DNA of 63,046 bases, filler included, from Octopus bimaculoides (Eukaryota), in the NCBI RefSeq assembly GCF_001194135.2. It is 6 parts of 5 records of this genome, joined end to end, with 100 filler letters (N's around TTAATTAATTAA, not from the genome) between each part and the next. Parts side by side here need not be neighbours in the genome. Positions count along the whole stretch, not along the records: positions 19,175 to 39,501 come from NC_068986.1; positions 39,602 to 45,951 come from NC_068997.1; positions 46,052 to 60,006 come from NC_069001.1; 3 more parts are not named here. One strand, given 5' to 3'. The notes beneath the pieces were generated by a model. The model ran no database searches and was not told the DNA's origin. It saw only the letters and a program-made list of their open reading frames with translations. Of this stretch, positions 38,578 through 51,001 are shown piece by piece (the stretch's first letter is position 1; each line of letters begins with the position of its first letter). A program made the translations under genes and the position numbers.

Positions 38578-39501
38578 TGTGGTGCGATGGAAGAAGAAGA
38601 CAACAAGAAGCAAAAGGACAGAATGAAGCGTTGGACCTTACCTTGCCGACCGCAGCGGGGTACACGATCGCTCCTAATCAGAACACGTCTTTCTCGTAAC
38701 GTCGCTGTTTTCTCACTGGCCCCACGTGCTAGCCTTCGACCGCGTGTCGCCGACTTCCGANNNNNNNNNNNNNNNNNNNNNNNNNNNNNNNNNNNNNNNN
38801 NNNNNNNNNNNNNNNNNNNNNNNNNNNNNNNNNNNNNNNNNNNNNNNNNNNNNNNNNNNNNNNNNNNNNNNNNNNNNNNNNNNNNNNNNNNNNNNNNTTT
38901 CATAATCAGCCAACCAGGGAGGAGGGTACCGCTCCCTCTGTGGTCGCTGTGCGACCCCGGGACTGGCCTGAGTTCCTGGCGCGCTGCCTTCATCATCTTG
39001 CCTACTGCTGCTGTCTTCATCATCCTGCCCACTGCAGCTGGTTCTATCCTCTGAAGCACTGACAATCTTCCGCACATCCAAAACATGGACTGAGACGTTG
39101 TTCTTCGAATTGATGGAGGTTATAGTTCCTTTCCCCCATTGTAATGTGCACCGTGCATTTGGGGGTTTTACCCAAACTTCTTCCCCGATCTGCACAAAGG
39201 CGTGCTCTTCTTCTCCCCGGAGTAGCATTGATGCAATACACGGGTGCCTCCACTCGTACCTGAATATTGCCCTGTGTGACACCGACTCCTCAGCCTGTCC
39301 TGACCTGGGCGACATATTGTACCAAAATACGGCCTCGATTGGCGAAATGCGACCCCTCTCTGCCATGGTCTTGATGGTACGATGATGCCTTTCCACCACT
39401 CCATTTCCACTTGGCCGGTATGCCGCCCTGAAGAAGCGGCTGACCTGCCACCTGTCAAGCATTTCTTTCAGCGCCTCCGAGCGAAATGCAGTGCCATTAT
39501 C
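38578..39501 (-). mobile_element. Gypsy-like LTR retrotransposon: integrase C-terminal half plus probable 3' LTR end
   Basis: Uninterrupted DNGTAFRSE...AAYRPSGNGVVERHHRTIK (integrase D..E) and GEEVWVK...QWGKG (GPY/F-like). GC-rich segment after the gap ends in ...ACCACA, a TG..CA-type terminus at 38578. Confidence 0.85.
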
Positions 39502-39788
39502 NNNNNNNNNNNNNNNNNNNNNNNNNNNNNNNNNNNNNNNNNNNNTTAATTAATTAANNNNNNNNNNNNNNNNNNNNNNNNNNNNNNNNNNNNNNNNNNN
39601 NCACACACACATATATATAAAACCTTCTGTGTCGTTTTAGTCGCAAACTACTTTCGTTCTTACTAAATTCAGTTTAGCTTCTGTAAATACTCTCGTCGCA
39701 CTCTAAAAGGTCCAAAAGTTCCGGCACCATTTCATCCAGCACTTTAACTGTAACCCAAATAACATCATATAATATAGGGTTAAGTAAG

Positions 39789-39996
39789 GCGGTGAGCTGG
39801 CAGAAACGTTAGCACGCCAGGCAAAATGCTGAGCGGTATTTCGTCTGTCTTTACGTTCTGAGTTCAAATTCCGCCGAGGTCGACTTTGCCTTTCATTCTT
39901 TCGGTGTCGATAAATTAAGTACCATATGCATACTGGAGTTAATTTAATCGACTTCTCCCCTCCCCAAAAATTTCGGGTCTTGTGCCTAGATTAGAA
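39789..39996 (+). mobile_element. SINE family B, full length
   Basis: GGCGGTGAGCTGGCAGAAACGTTAG...GAGTTCAAATTCCGCCGAGGTCGACTTTGCC...CTTGTGCCTAG. Confidence 0.88.
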
Positions 39997-40149
39997 ACGA
40001 ATATACATTTAAGTACATTGCATATTACAATAAAAAGAGCTCTGTTAAAGGGATTATTTCTACGGTCATTTCATTGATGCCTGTTATAACACTCAGGACT
40101 TCTATTTATGTGCAACATTGTGAGAGGATCTGTACACCACAGATCTTCT

Positions 40150-40300
40150 CACACTCTTCAAAATAGAGAGAAGAGATCTTGAAATAGAAAAACGTATCAC
40201 GTGGTCTATGAAACTGAAAATGGTATCAGCAATAACCGATGTTCTCGGTATCATAAATAAAATGAACATAAATATAAGTATAAAGATGTATAAAGGATCA
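40150..40300 (+). mobile_element. R4/Dong-like LINE C-terminal remnant
   Basis: DLEIEKRITWSMKLKMVSAITDVLGII resembles the DL..EI.RMW......PI..GALG motif. Confidence 0.45.
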
Positions 40301-40429
40301 AACAAGCACAAACAGAAACACGCAGAAACAAACACAGACATAAGAAAAATTCTTTACCAGACAAAGTATTTTATGTAAGACACTTTAGTGCACAGGCAAA
40401 AACAACTCCGTATTATTATCTCGAAATAG

Positions 40430-40810
40430 GATCTTTTATGATTTACTTTTTTCCGTCATTGGACTGCAGCCATGCTGGGGCACCGCCTTGAAGAATTTAG
40501 GTCGAACGAATTGAACCCAATGCTTATTTTTCTTAAAGCCTAGTACTTATTCTATCAGCGTCTTTCTCCGAACTGCTATGTTACGGATGTGAAACATAAA
40601 CACCGGTTGTCAAGCGATGCTAAAGGACAAAGACAGACAGAGTATACACGACTGGCTTCTTTCATTTCCCGTCTTTCAAATCCACTCACAAAGCAGCGGT
40701 CAGCCAAGGGTTATACTAGAAGACACCTGCTGAAGTTGCTGCGCAGTGCGACTGAACCCGGAACTATGCGGTTCGGAAGCAAACTTCTTACCACACAGCT
40801 ACGCCCGCGC
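40430..40810 (-). mobile_element. SINE family A, diverged
   Basis: GACTGCAGCCATGCTGGGGCACCGCC...CACCGGTTGTCAAGCG...CTTACCACACAGC. Confidence 0.8.
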
Positions 40811-41234
40811 CAAGTATAATACAATATCATACCAGTGTAGAATAACATCTATTCTAAGAAGACAACTCGTACGAGTGATGTTCTACATAATTACCTACTA
40901 ACAAAATTGCACAGTTCTTATTACACCTATTCTGCATAATAAACAGGCGAATCACTAAAGTAACACCAGAAACAACTATTCAACAGATATTACATTCTAA
41001 CTATTCCACATCCTCCAGAGACAACCTCAGAGATAATTTTTAAGATAGGCAGAAGCTTCAAAATTTTAGGGGGAAGTGAACAGTCTTAACATTTGATTAT
41101 TACTTATTTTACCTAACCAAGAAGTGTGAAAGGGCATAGTCGACGTCAGTGGAGGTTTGACATCTGATAGTAGACGGATGTCTCTAAATACTGCGTAGCA
41201 GTTCGTCTTTATTCATCGCGTCGCTTTAATGAAA

Positions 41235-41612
41235 TATCGTATATACTCGATTATAAAACGCCCTCGCCTATAAGACGCACCACACCCGACTTACAAGCTT
41301 CAAATCGGGAATTTTATCATTGACCTGACTATAAGCCGCAGCGACTGTTTTATGCTGGAGAGCAAAGTTCAATTACGAATCGCGGACGTAATTGTTCGGT
41401 AACCGAGCTTCCAGTGAGCTGAAGATGACTTACAACTGTGATCCCATTAAGTCCATGCCTTTTAGAAACCGTTGTTTATAATGTAAAATTTTATTCTTTT
41501 CGGTTATTGCAAATGTTGGAACTTCAAACATGGATTGTACCTAGAAAATATCTGAAGATTTTTTTTTTATTTCAAGGAAAAAATTGCGACTTATAACCGA
41601 GTATATATGGTA
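41235..41612. mobile_element. pogo/Tigger-like MITE (378 bp)
   Basis: Imperfect 22-bp inverted termini TATCGTATATACTCGATTATAA (41235-41256) and TTATAACCGAGTATATATGGTA (41591-41612), with TA at both ends. Confidence 0.75.
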
Positions 41613-41716
41613 CTTACTCGCTGAGCACTTTACACACAGTTAAAAACATAGTTTATGAACCAAAGCAGTACTTATAAACTATAGAGTACATTACTCGGGG
41701 GTTGATATTCAACGAG

Positions 41717-41757
<41 letters not shown>

Positions 41758-42115
41758 TAATGAAAGTAAATGGCTGGGCCCGATGCAATCTATTCTTTTG
41801 TCTGTTATCTGCTTCAGCCATTAGACTGCAGCCATGCAGGAACACCACCTTGAAAAACTTTTAGTCAAATGAATCAGCTTCAGTACTTATTCTAAAGGTC
41901 ACTACTTGCCGAACCGCTAAATTTACGGGGATGTAAACAAACCAACACCAGTTGTCAAACGGTGGTGGAGGACAAACTCTCACACACACACATATGCACA
42001 CACACTCATAATACGTACATACATACTTACATACATACATACTTACATACATACATATATATTTCTATATAAGACTAATATCAAATCCATTTTCTGTTTC
42101 CTCCATCGATTATTG

Positions 42116-42166
<51 letters not shown>

Positions 42167-42167
42167 T

Positions 42168-42234
<67 letters not shown>

Positions 42235-43173
42235 GTATTTATATATGCGACGGGCTATTTTCAGTTCCCTTCTACCAAAACCAGTTTTGTAGAAGTCACC
42301 CGTAACGGGTTTGAGTCAAGAACTATTTGACTGGGAAGCCAGCTTCTTACGATACAGCCACGCCTGCGCCTATAGATTACCTTTAAACTAGACTCCTTTT
42401 GCACATTTGGTAACATTATAATTTTCTCCCCATAAATATTAAAGAAATTCTTCTCAGAATTCCACAGCTCTGATAATTTTACTGACTTCTACACCACGCA
42501 TCCTATCATAAATTTTTAAAGATTCATTGCCAGTTTTGTATTTAATTGTACATAGAAAACAGAGTTTAATGGCTTTCTTCAGGAACAAGAAAATGTTGAT
42601 GCTAACTCTGATGAAAATAAAATAATTGAAATTAACAAAAATAATGCGTTACTAATTTAAAAGAAAATAACGTGAACACATTTATCGACTTAAATGATGC
42701 TGGCTTTTATCTGCAGCAAAAACAACTCAGTAAAGAAAAGAGATAACAATACAAACAACACAGACAATTCTATGAGCAAATGTTTATAAAGAAGATAAGT
42801 GTGTGAAATTACAAACACATACAGATATACATACATCCGTCAATGTATGTATGTATGTATGTATGTATTATGTATGTATTTATGTATGTATGCATGTATG
42901 TATGTATGTTTGTATACGCACAAACATATGTACGGTCCTATAAATATATGTATGTATGTATGCATGTATATAAACACGTACTTTGCGTATATGTCGTTGT
43001 GCATACGTGCGTGTGATTGCGTATGTATGGTGAGTGTATGGGTGTCCAATATTAATATTTATACAAGTGTATTGCATTTGTACGCGTATGTTCAAGCTCA
43101 ATTATACATCTATAAATAAATGCATAAAATATATCTCTACCTTGAAACTTATACATATATGTACGCACACATA

Positions 43174-43225
<52 letters not shown>

Positions 43226-43306
43226 AACATACATGTGAATATATATACATACATATATTTAAATACATACACATACATATACGTGTATATGCATTTGCAT
43301 ATATAT

Positions 43307-43347
<41 letters not shown>

Positions 43348-44324
43348 AACACACACACACGTACAAATATATCACATGTAACCCAAATGCATCGACGAAT
43401 ATAACAAAAAAAAAATGTGTGTAACATTTGGGAGATTTTCTTAATAGAATGCTGCATGTCTTTAAAACGTTTAAAGAGTGCCTTTGGGGACATGGCCGCC
43501 TTAGCAGAGACTCGATGCCTCTGCTAACTGGTCTATCTTTCGAATTAGGACATTATTTTATTTTATTCAACAACAAATATACGATTGGATTGCTGTATAT
43601 TTCTTCCCTTTCCTCCAAAGCTCTTTTTTTCTTCCCCTCGTCCTTTTATTTATATATTGTTTCCAAAGTTATTTCCATTAATAACTTTTATTTTACCTAT
43701 TTGCTAGAATCAGATATATAAACGCATCTTCTTATTTTTAAAAGCTTCTAAAACGAACATAACATACATGAAAGAACAAAGAGAAATTGAGTGGATTCTG
43801 TATATTTTGGTGAATTGACTGTTAAAACATTCGATTTAGCTCTTGATTTACTTAATTTTTTTCTTTCTTTCCATTTTGAGACTTTTGCACCGCTATCATA
43901 GACATCAACTAATTCAAGTGCCGTCTCAGTTGAATGACGGTTTTATTACATCAGATAAGAAAGAAAGGAAAAAAAGACACTCAGATAGAAAATATATGAA
44001 TTAAATTGAGTTCTCTTAAAAGCACATAGTCTTTTCAATTAGTTTGTCATGCATGCAGTATGTTTTACAGAAGAAAAACGAAAATTGCAAGGAAAGAAAA
44101 AAACAGAAGACAAAAGTATATCTATCATTTGAAATGTCTTTCAGAGGCAAGTGAGAGGCATTGCAGCTATTGTAAAGAAATCTTGTCAATAATTTGTGTA
44201 GTTAAATTGTTAAGTAAAAAATTGTTTTCGCAACCGAGTGTTTATCATACGTATATACGTATATGCATGTATAATAGAGATGTATATATGCTAATACACA
44301 CACACACACATATATATATATATA

Positions 44325-44398
<74 letters not shown>

Positions 44399-45147
44399 GA
44401 CACACACATATAGATATATATATGTTCTGGCAGAGAAAGAAAGGGAGATCTAAAAATAAATGGCTGATCTTATCGTACTGCAAATGTCAGTTACAAACCT
44501 TAATTTCATTTGTTTTGTCGATGGAAATTGCTAAGGAATTATTCACAAGAAAACATGGTTTGTTTCTGGATTCACCTTATCTCAACTGCTGCTTCTCATA
44601 ATTCCTCTCACAATTGCTCTATTAATCAGTTTATTTTATTTTCCAGTCCCAGAATGTGCGCTTGCGGATAAGAAATATTCTGTTTTGTCTTTTCTAAATA
44701 CTACTGAGCTTTCGGTGTGTACTTCTATGGTTTCTTGTAAGAATTTAGTCGCAATACCTTCGCCTAATATAGGATTTTCTACGTGCATAAAACTTTTCTA
44801 TGCGTTTAAGTACATTTTCACAGTCTATATTTTTATGTGATATACACTAGAGAAATAATTTTTGTGATATAAACATGTTAAAATATTCCATTAGCTTCTG
44901 GCTTAGTTTTAACTTATCCTTTTATTGTAACATATCGTATATATAATATCCACAGCAATCTTAGTTATCGCTTATGGAATTTAATGTTGCTCACAATGAG
45001 AGAACACTGTGTGCGAGAGTGTTGTTAATACCATGTTACATTCACAGACATTTAAACAGATGATTTATGAGTCCAGGACTACTCCTTTCAACTCTAGGCC
45101 TGAAATTTGGGGTACTTGAGCTACTTTGTTGCTTTTGCTAAATATTA

Positions 45148-45185
<38 letters not shown>

Positions 45186-45299
45186 ATTTGTGTATGCATG
45201 TGTTTGTGTCTGTGTACGTGTGTGTGGGTGTGTGGGTGTGCGTGCGTGTGTGTGCGTGCGTACGTGTATGTGTGTGCATAATCTTATTTAAATAAATAT

Positions 45300-45620
45300 A
45301 ACAGTATATCAACCCAGAATGGATGAAAAGCAAAGTTGACCTCGAAGGAATTTGAATTCAGAACGTAAAGACAGGTGAAATGGAGCTAATCATTTTGGCC
45401 GATATGCCGACGATTCTTCCAGCTCACCGTTTTTATGGGTCCAGTAATATTTGCTTCAAATGTTGGCTCAAGGCCAGCAATTTCAGGTAGTGGCTAAGCT
45501 GATTACATCGACCCAGTGCTTGAATGGTACTTAATTTATCGAACCCGAATCGATGAAAAGCGAAGACGACATCGGCGAAATTTGAACTGAGAACGAAAAG
45601 ATTGACGAAAAGCCGCCCAA
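45300..45620 (-). mobile_element. Two SINE family B copies
   Basis: GATGAAAAGC(A/G)AAG..GAC...GAAATTTGAACT.AGAACG blocks repeated. Confidence 0.75.
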
Positions 45621-45912
45621 TGGGTCCAGTGATATTAACAATATTTATGCCATAAATGTGTAATAGTATCTATATTGTTTTGCTTTACACGTTTACTGGT
45701 TATATCCTTGGTAGGAGGTCAGGATGAAGTAGTTATTTCAGATAAGTCTTTTTCCCTACAGCAGCAATCTGTATGCGTGTGTGTGTATGTGTGTGTGTGC
45801 GTGCGCGCGCGCGCGTGCATGTGCGCATTAGTGCGTGTGCTTGTGTGTGCGTGCGTCTGTGTGTGTGTGATCTTGAGTGCCAGCGCATTTTTAATACCTA
45901 TATATGTATATA

Positions 45913-45951
<39 letters not shown>

Positions 45952-46051
45952 NNNNNNNNNNNNNNNNNNNNNNNNNNNNNNNNNNNNNNNNNNNNTTAAT
46001 TAATTAANNNNNNNNNNNNNNNNNNNNNNNNNNNNNNNNNNNNNNNNNNNN

Positions 46052-46093
<42 letters not shown>

Positions 46094-46857
46094 TTGTATA
46101 TACATACATATATATGTACTCATATCTATATATCTATATATATATATATATATCTGTATAAATATGTACATATCTGTGTGAGTTTGTATGTATGTGCGAA
46201 TGTGTGTGTGTGTACGTGTGTTTGCGTGTATGCGTGAGTTCGTATGTGTTTCTGTGTGTGTGTGTCTGTGCGTGTATTTATGTCTCTCCGTGTGTGTGTT
46301 TGTGTGTCTGTGTGTGTTTAATAGAATAAATTTTGACAGCTCTTCTGCGTAAGATAACTCCGCTAAGTGCCCGATAAATTGTTTTTACAATAACATTAGA
46401 AAAGTCAGAAGTAAGACATGGCTATGCATTGAGACATATGTAACAAACTTTTTCAACAAAGGCTAAAAACCAGTTCATGACGACTGCGTTTAAAATTAAT
46501 AATTCTTCCCTTTGTGCTGGGTCTTGTTTCTACAAGCCGACCTCATGACTTGCTTAGTCAGCTGCATAAAAGAAACAAAGAAACACACGGTAATCATCAC
46601 GAGAAAATTCTCCCAGTACTTAATTGGAGCTTTATTTTATCGACCTGGGAAAGATATGAGGCATATTAAACTTTGACAAGTTTTCAACTCAGAACATAAA
46701 GGGCCGGAACTTGTCGTTAGAGAAAAGCGATTATCGGAAATAACCAATAGGTTACCCGTTTAAGATCTGAGAAGAAATGAGTTATTTCAAACGAATAGAT
46801 ATGTAAGTACGTACGTACGTAGATAGATAGATATATAGATAGATAGATAGATAGATA

Positions 46858-47045
46858 CATTTCTTTTATTAGCCACACAGGGCTCAACGAAGATGGGACA
46901 AATACAATGTAGAGCTTTTCTTTTTGGGAGGGGGAAGGAAAAAAAAGGGTGGGGTGTCGATCAAAAGGGATCGTAGGAAGGAAAAGGGGGGAGTTCGATC
47001 AAAAAGGATCGGGGAAAAAAAAAGGCGATCAATAGGGATCGTGTA
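46858..47045 (-). repeat. Retroelement-like 3' end repeat (also 60107-60380 + and 50380-50425 +)
   Basis: TTTTATTAGCCACACAGGGCTCAAC...GGGACAAATACAATGTAGAG is the reverse complement of 60324-60376. AATAAA-A-rich end abuts (TATC)n in two copies. Confidence 0.7.
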
Positions 47046-47173
47046 TCAGATAGATAGATAGATAGATAGATGTATACATACATACATATACGCATACATC
47101 TGTATATAGATACATATATATATACGTGCATATATATGTACGCATACGTTCGTACATGTAAGTATTCGTATGT

Positions 47174-47213
<40 letters not shown>

Positions 47214-47235
47214 CATTTATGTGTTATCTGCGTAT

Positions 47236-47288
47236 ATTCCACTGATGAAGGCATTCTTATGCAGAGCCAGAAATCCGGAATCTGGAAT
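47236..47288 (+). ncRNA. Type I hammerhead ribozyme-like motif (Penelope-type)
   Basis: ATTCCA-CTGATGA-A-GGC-N13-GCC-A-GAAA-T-CCGGA-A-TC-TGGAAT: perfect 6-bp stem I, intact CUGAUGA/GAAA core, AUC triplet. Confidence 0.6.
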
Positions 47289-47611
47289 TATCCCATAATT
47301 TTTTGTGCTAGTTTATTTTGTCTCTTTGTCTTCTCTCCTGGTGCTGTATGAATATTTAATGTGGTTTTAGAGTCAAGTTTTGGCTGCTATATCTAGCACG
47401 GTTGGTATCTCTTAGATACCCTTTATATATNNNNNNNNNNNNNNNNNNNNNNNNNNNNNNNNNNNNNNNNNNNNNNNNNNNNNNNNNNNNNNNNNNNNNN
47501 NNNNNNNNNNNNNNNNNNNNNNNNNNNNNNNNNNNNNNNNNNNNNNNNNNNNNNNNNNNNNNNNNNNNNNNNNNNNNNNNNNNNNNNNTATATATATATA
47601 TATATATATAC

Positions 47612-47942
47612 TCTTATACTCTTATATTTGTTTCAGTCATTTGACTGTAGCCATGCTGGAGCACCACCTTTAGTCGAGCTAATCGACCCCAGGACTTATT
47701 CTTTGTAAGCCTAGTACGGTTGTCAAGCGAGACTGGGGTGACAAACAGATACACATATACATACATATACATATATATACGACGGGCTTCTTTCAGTTTC
47801 CGTCTACCAAATCCACTCACAAGGCTTTGGTCGGTGCGAGGCTATAGTAGAAGACACTTGCCCAAGGTGCCACGCAGTGGGACTGAACCCGGAACCATGT
47901 TGTTGGTGAGCAAGCTACTTACCACACAGCCACTCCTACGCC
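47612..47942 (-). mobile_element. SINE family A, near full length
   Basis: Reverse complement of 32816-33232 with an internal deletion; CpGs retained. Confidence 0.9.
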
Positions 47943-48645
47943 TATATACATATATATGCAAATATATAATCTAACTTGACTTCATTAACAACAAAGAACC
48001 GTAAACATAACGCGAACTACTTGAGGGCGTCTATAAAAGTCAACACCCCAGCAGTAATGAAAATGTACTTAATTTTAAATAACAATGTCGGAATAAATGT
48101 ATAAAATAAATTGATAACATCGTAATAAATATGAATGACTATGTAAACTAAAATGAAATTAAGATTCTTGAAAAGTGTTACGGAAATAAAAGTTTAATAA
48201 TACAAGATTAAATAGAACAAAATGCAGCGAATAATTTATGTAAGACATAAGTCACGCCGTTGGATATTCGCTTTCGAGAAAATAATGAGCGTTTTGCTTA
48301 GAGATTGCAGCAATTTATAGAAACCATGTATATAAAAATGTACGTATGTATGTATGTATATATATGTATGTGTGTATGTAGGTATACAGTAAATGTATAT
48401 ATTAATATCTTTTTTTATGTCAAAGTATGTATAAAATCAATTTAACATTAAACTGAAGTATTATTTAATATCTTTAGTAGACAACATTATCTATTAAATT
48501 TTCACAAAGATACGTTCAATTGCGACTTCGAAGTTTCAGCTCGCTCGACTTTGTCGGACGGAATTACGAAGTTAAACCGAAATTATGAAGCCATTGTCAA
48601 ATCTTGCCTTGTAAAAGTTTAAGAAATTATAGATAGATGGATAGA

Positions 48646-48693
<48 letters not shown>

Positions 48694-49038
48694 CAGCAGC
48701 AACAGTTGTTTTTTGTTGTTATTGTCATTCTTTAACACCAGGTCAGTCCTGGTCAAGCTGACCTCTAAGTGAACCCTTGTGAGTCGGAGAGAAGGCATTA
48801 GAAAGGGCTTGTGTTCCTAGAGTTTCAGGGAAATCTCAGACAGTGGGATTCCTCGACGGTCTCTAGAGGGGTTCCTGTGTCAAGAGGGCCACATCTCTAT
48901 CATCCTCCCTCTTTTTAACCTTTGTATGCTATACATATGTCCTTCCTTTTCCAGTTTATACCGTGTATACTTTATTTTTTGTCATCATTTCATTATATGT
49001 AACCCCTGTGGCAAATAAATGAAATCAGAATAATAATA

Positions 49039-49075
<37 letters not shown>

Positions 49076-49080
<5 letters not shown>

Positions 49081-49305
49081 TCCGCCTTCGCTAAGCTGGA
49101 GGTATTGTTTTTCAGTCGTGTTTGTTTGTTTGTCCGTGGACAAAATATCTCAAGAACCGCTGGATGGATTTGGATGAAACTTTCAGGGATGTTTGGCCTC
49201 ATGACTGGCACGAACTGATTAGATTTTGGGATCGATCTCCGGCTAATCGTAGAGAGAGCGTTGGGGTTGCCTTGGTGGAGGTTTGCGCTGTCTGAGTGCT
49301 CTTGT
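49076..49305 (+). mobile_element. Helentron-associated non-autonomous element (HINE/DINE-like)
   Basis: 5' TTACCTCCGCC...GGAGGT inverted repeat, (TGTT)n tract, 3' sub-TIR CCTTGGTGGAGGT then hairpin GCGCT-GTCTG-AGTGC, inserted in a TTA-rich site. Confidence 0.7.
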
Positions 49306-49317
49306 TATTATTATTTA

Positions 49318-49751
49318 CTAGCAGCTAAGCCCGGTTTCACCCGGTCAGAGAACGACGCGAAGAGAAAAACGAAGACATAAAAAAGAGGAAGAAGTAGATA
49401 CGAAGTGGTGTTTGGGCGACGGATCTTGGTAGAAAAAAAAAGGATGTCATGGTGAGTTAGTAAGGAGAGCAAAGCAAGACTGGACTTACCTGGGCTGGCA
49501 GGACGATGAAAAAATTGCGGAGTTGAAATTGGAGCAGTTGAAGTTGCCGTTGTTATCGTTGGAGTGCCTCTTGATAGACATTCTTCGTCCTTCCCTCGGG
49601 TGCACAAATAGAAAGACCATGGGGACAGCCAACGTACAGTTGTGCGTGTGAGAATACTTGCTCTGTCAGATTCAAACCAACCGCTTGCACTGGTTGTCCC
49701 TGTGCCTTGTTGATTGTCATGGGATACAGAGTTTGATGAGAAATTGCATCT
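49318..49751 (-). mobile_element. Helitron 3' end with helicase C-terminus
   Basis: MTINKAQGQ..QAVGLNL.EQVFSHAQLYVG...RTKNVYQEAL* is the PIF1-like RepHel C-terminus. Terminus CCGGGTGAAACCGGG hairpin plus CTAG|T at 49318. Confidence 0.88.
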
Positions 49752-51001
49752 NNNNNNNNNNNNNNNNNNNNNNNNNNNNNNNNNNNNNNNNNNNNNNNNN
49801 NNNNNNNNNNNNNNNNNNNNNNNNNNNNNNNNNNNNNNNNNNNNNNNNNNNNNNNNNNNNNNNNNNNNNNNNNNNNNNNNNNNNNNNNNNNNNNNNNNNN
49901 NNNNNNNNNNNNNNNNNNNNNNNNNNNNNNNNNNNNNNNNNNNNNNNNNNNNNNNNNNNNNNNNNNNNNNNNNNNNNNNNNNNNNNNNNNNNNNNNNNNN
50001 NNNNNNNNNNNNNNNNNNNNNNNNNNNNNNNNNNNNNNNNNNNNNNNNNNNNNNNNNNNNNNNNNNNNNNNNNNNNNNNNNNNNNNNNNNNNNNNNNNNN
50101 NNNNNNNNNNNNNNNNNNNNNNNNNNNNNNNNNNNNNNNNNNNNNNNNNNNNNNNNNNNNNNNNNNNNATACAGTTAGAAAAAATATTTACCACAAGGAG
50201 AAAGAGACAAAAATAAAATAACACGTGTCAAAATTTTTATTTTTTTCTAAAATCGTTCAATGACGTTAACTGGAGTGTGGGGTTCGAGTAGACGTCATTC
50301 CACCTTTTGATTTATCATTACCATTCTTTTCGTTCGATTTTATTTTTTCTCCTCTTTTGTATTTTTTCTGTTCTTATGTTGTTCCCTCTGTGTTTCGCCC
50401 CTGTGTGGTTAATAAAAAAATTAAGTCGTCAGGTATGTATATGTATGTGTAGATGTGTATGCGTGTGTATGTGTGTGTGTGTGTTTAATAACGTACCGTA
50501 TATAGTATGTCTGTACTTTTGTATGCAGTATAAATTAAGGAAATAGAAGCACTTGTACAGAGGGACAAAGAATTATATATTTTACCTGCCAACCTTGGAA
50601 CAGTAAATGTGTATTGTTTTAAAGGAAATGAAAATAAAATTTCTTATTGACACTTTACGCATGTCAGTCGTCAGGTATGTATGCGTAGATCTGTGAGTGT
50701 TTAATAACGTACCGTGAGAATATGTCTGTATTTTCTTATGCAGTGTAAATTAATCCCCCAAAATTTACAGTATCGAAATGTTTCAGTTTCGATACTGAAA
50801 TGGTGGAAAAGTTTCATTTTAAAGTGAAAGTATTTGACATGAGTGTTCGTGTTTCACTTTTGACACACCAGCGACTATGTTCAACATTTTTGTTAAAATA
50901 AATCCAAGCACAAAAGCACTTTAATCCATTGGATTACAGTGAGACGGGGACTCCTCATCACTGCAAGAAAACTATGATAAACAGAAAACATTTGTTGGCT
51001 T

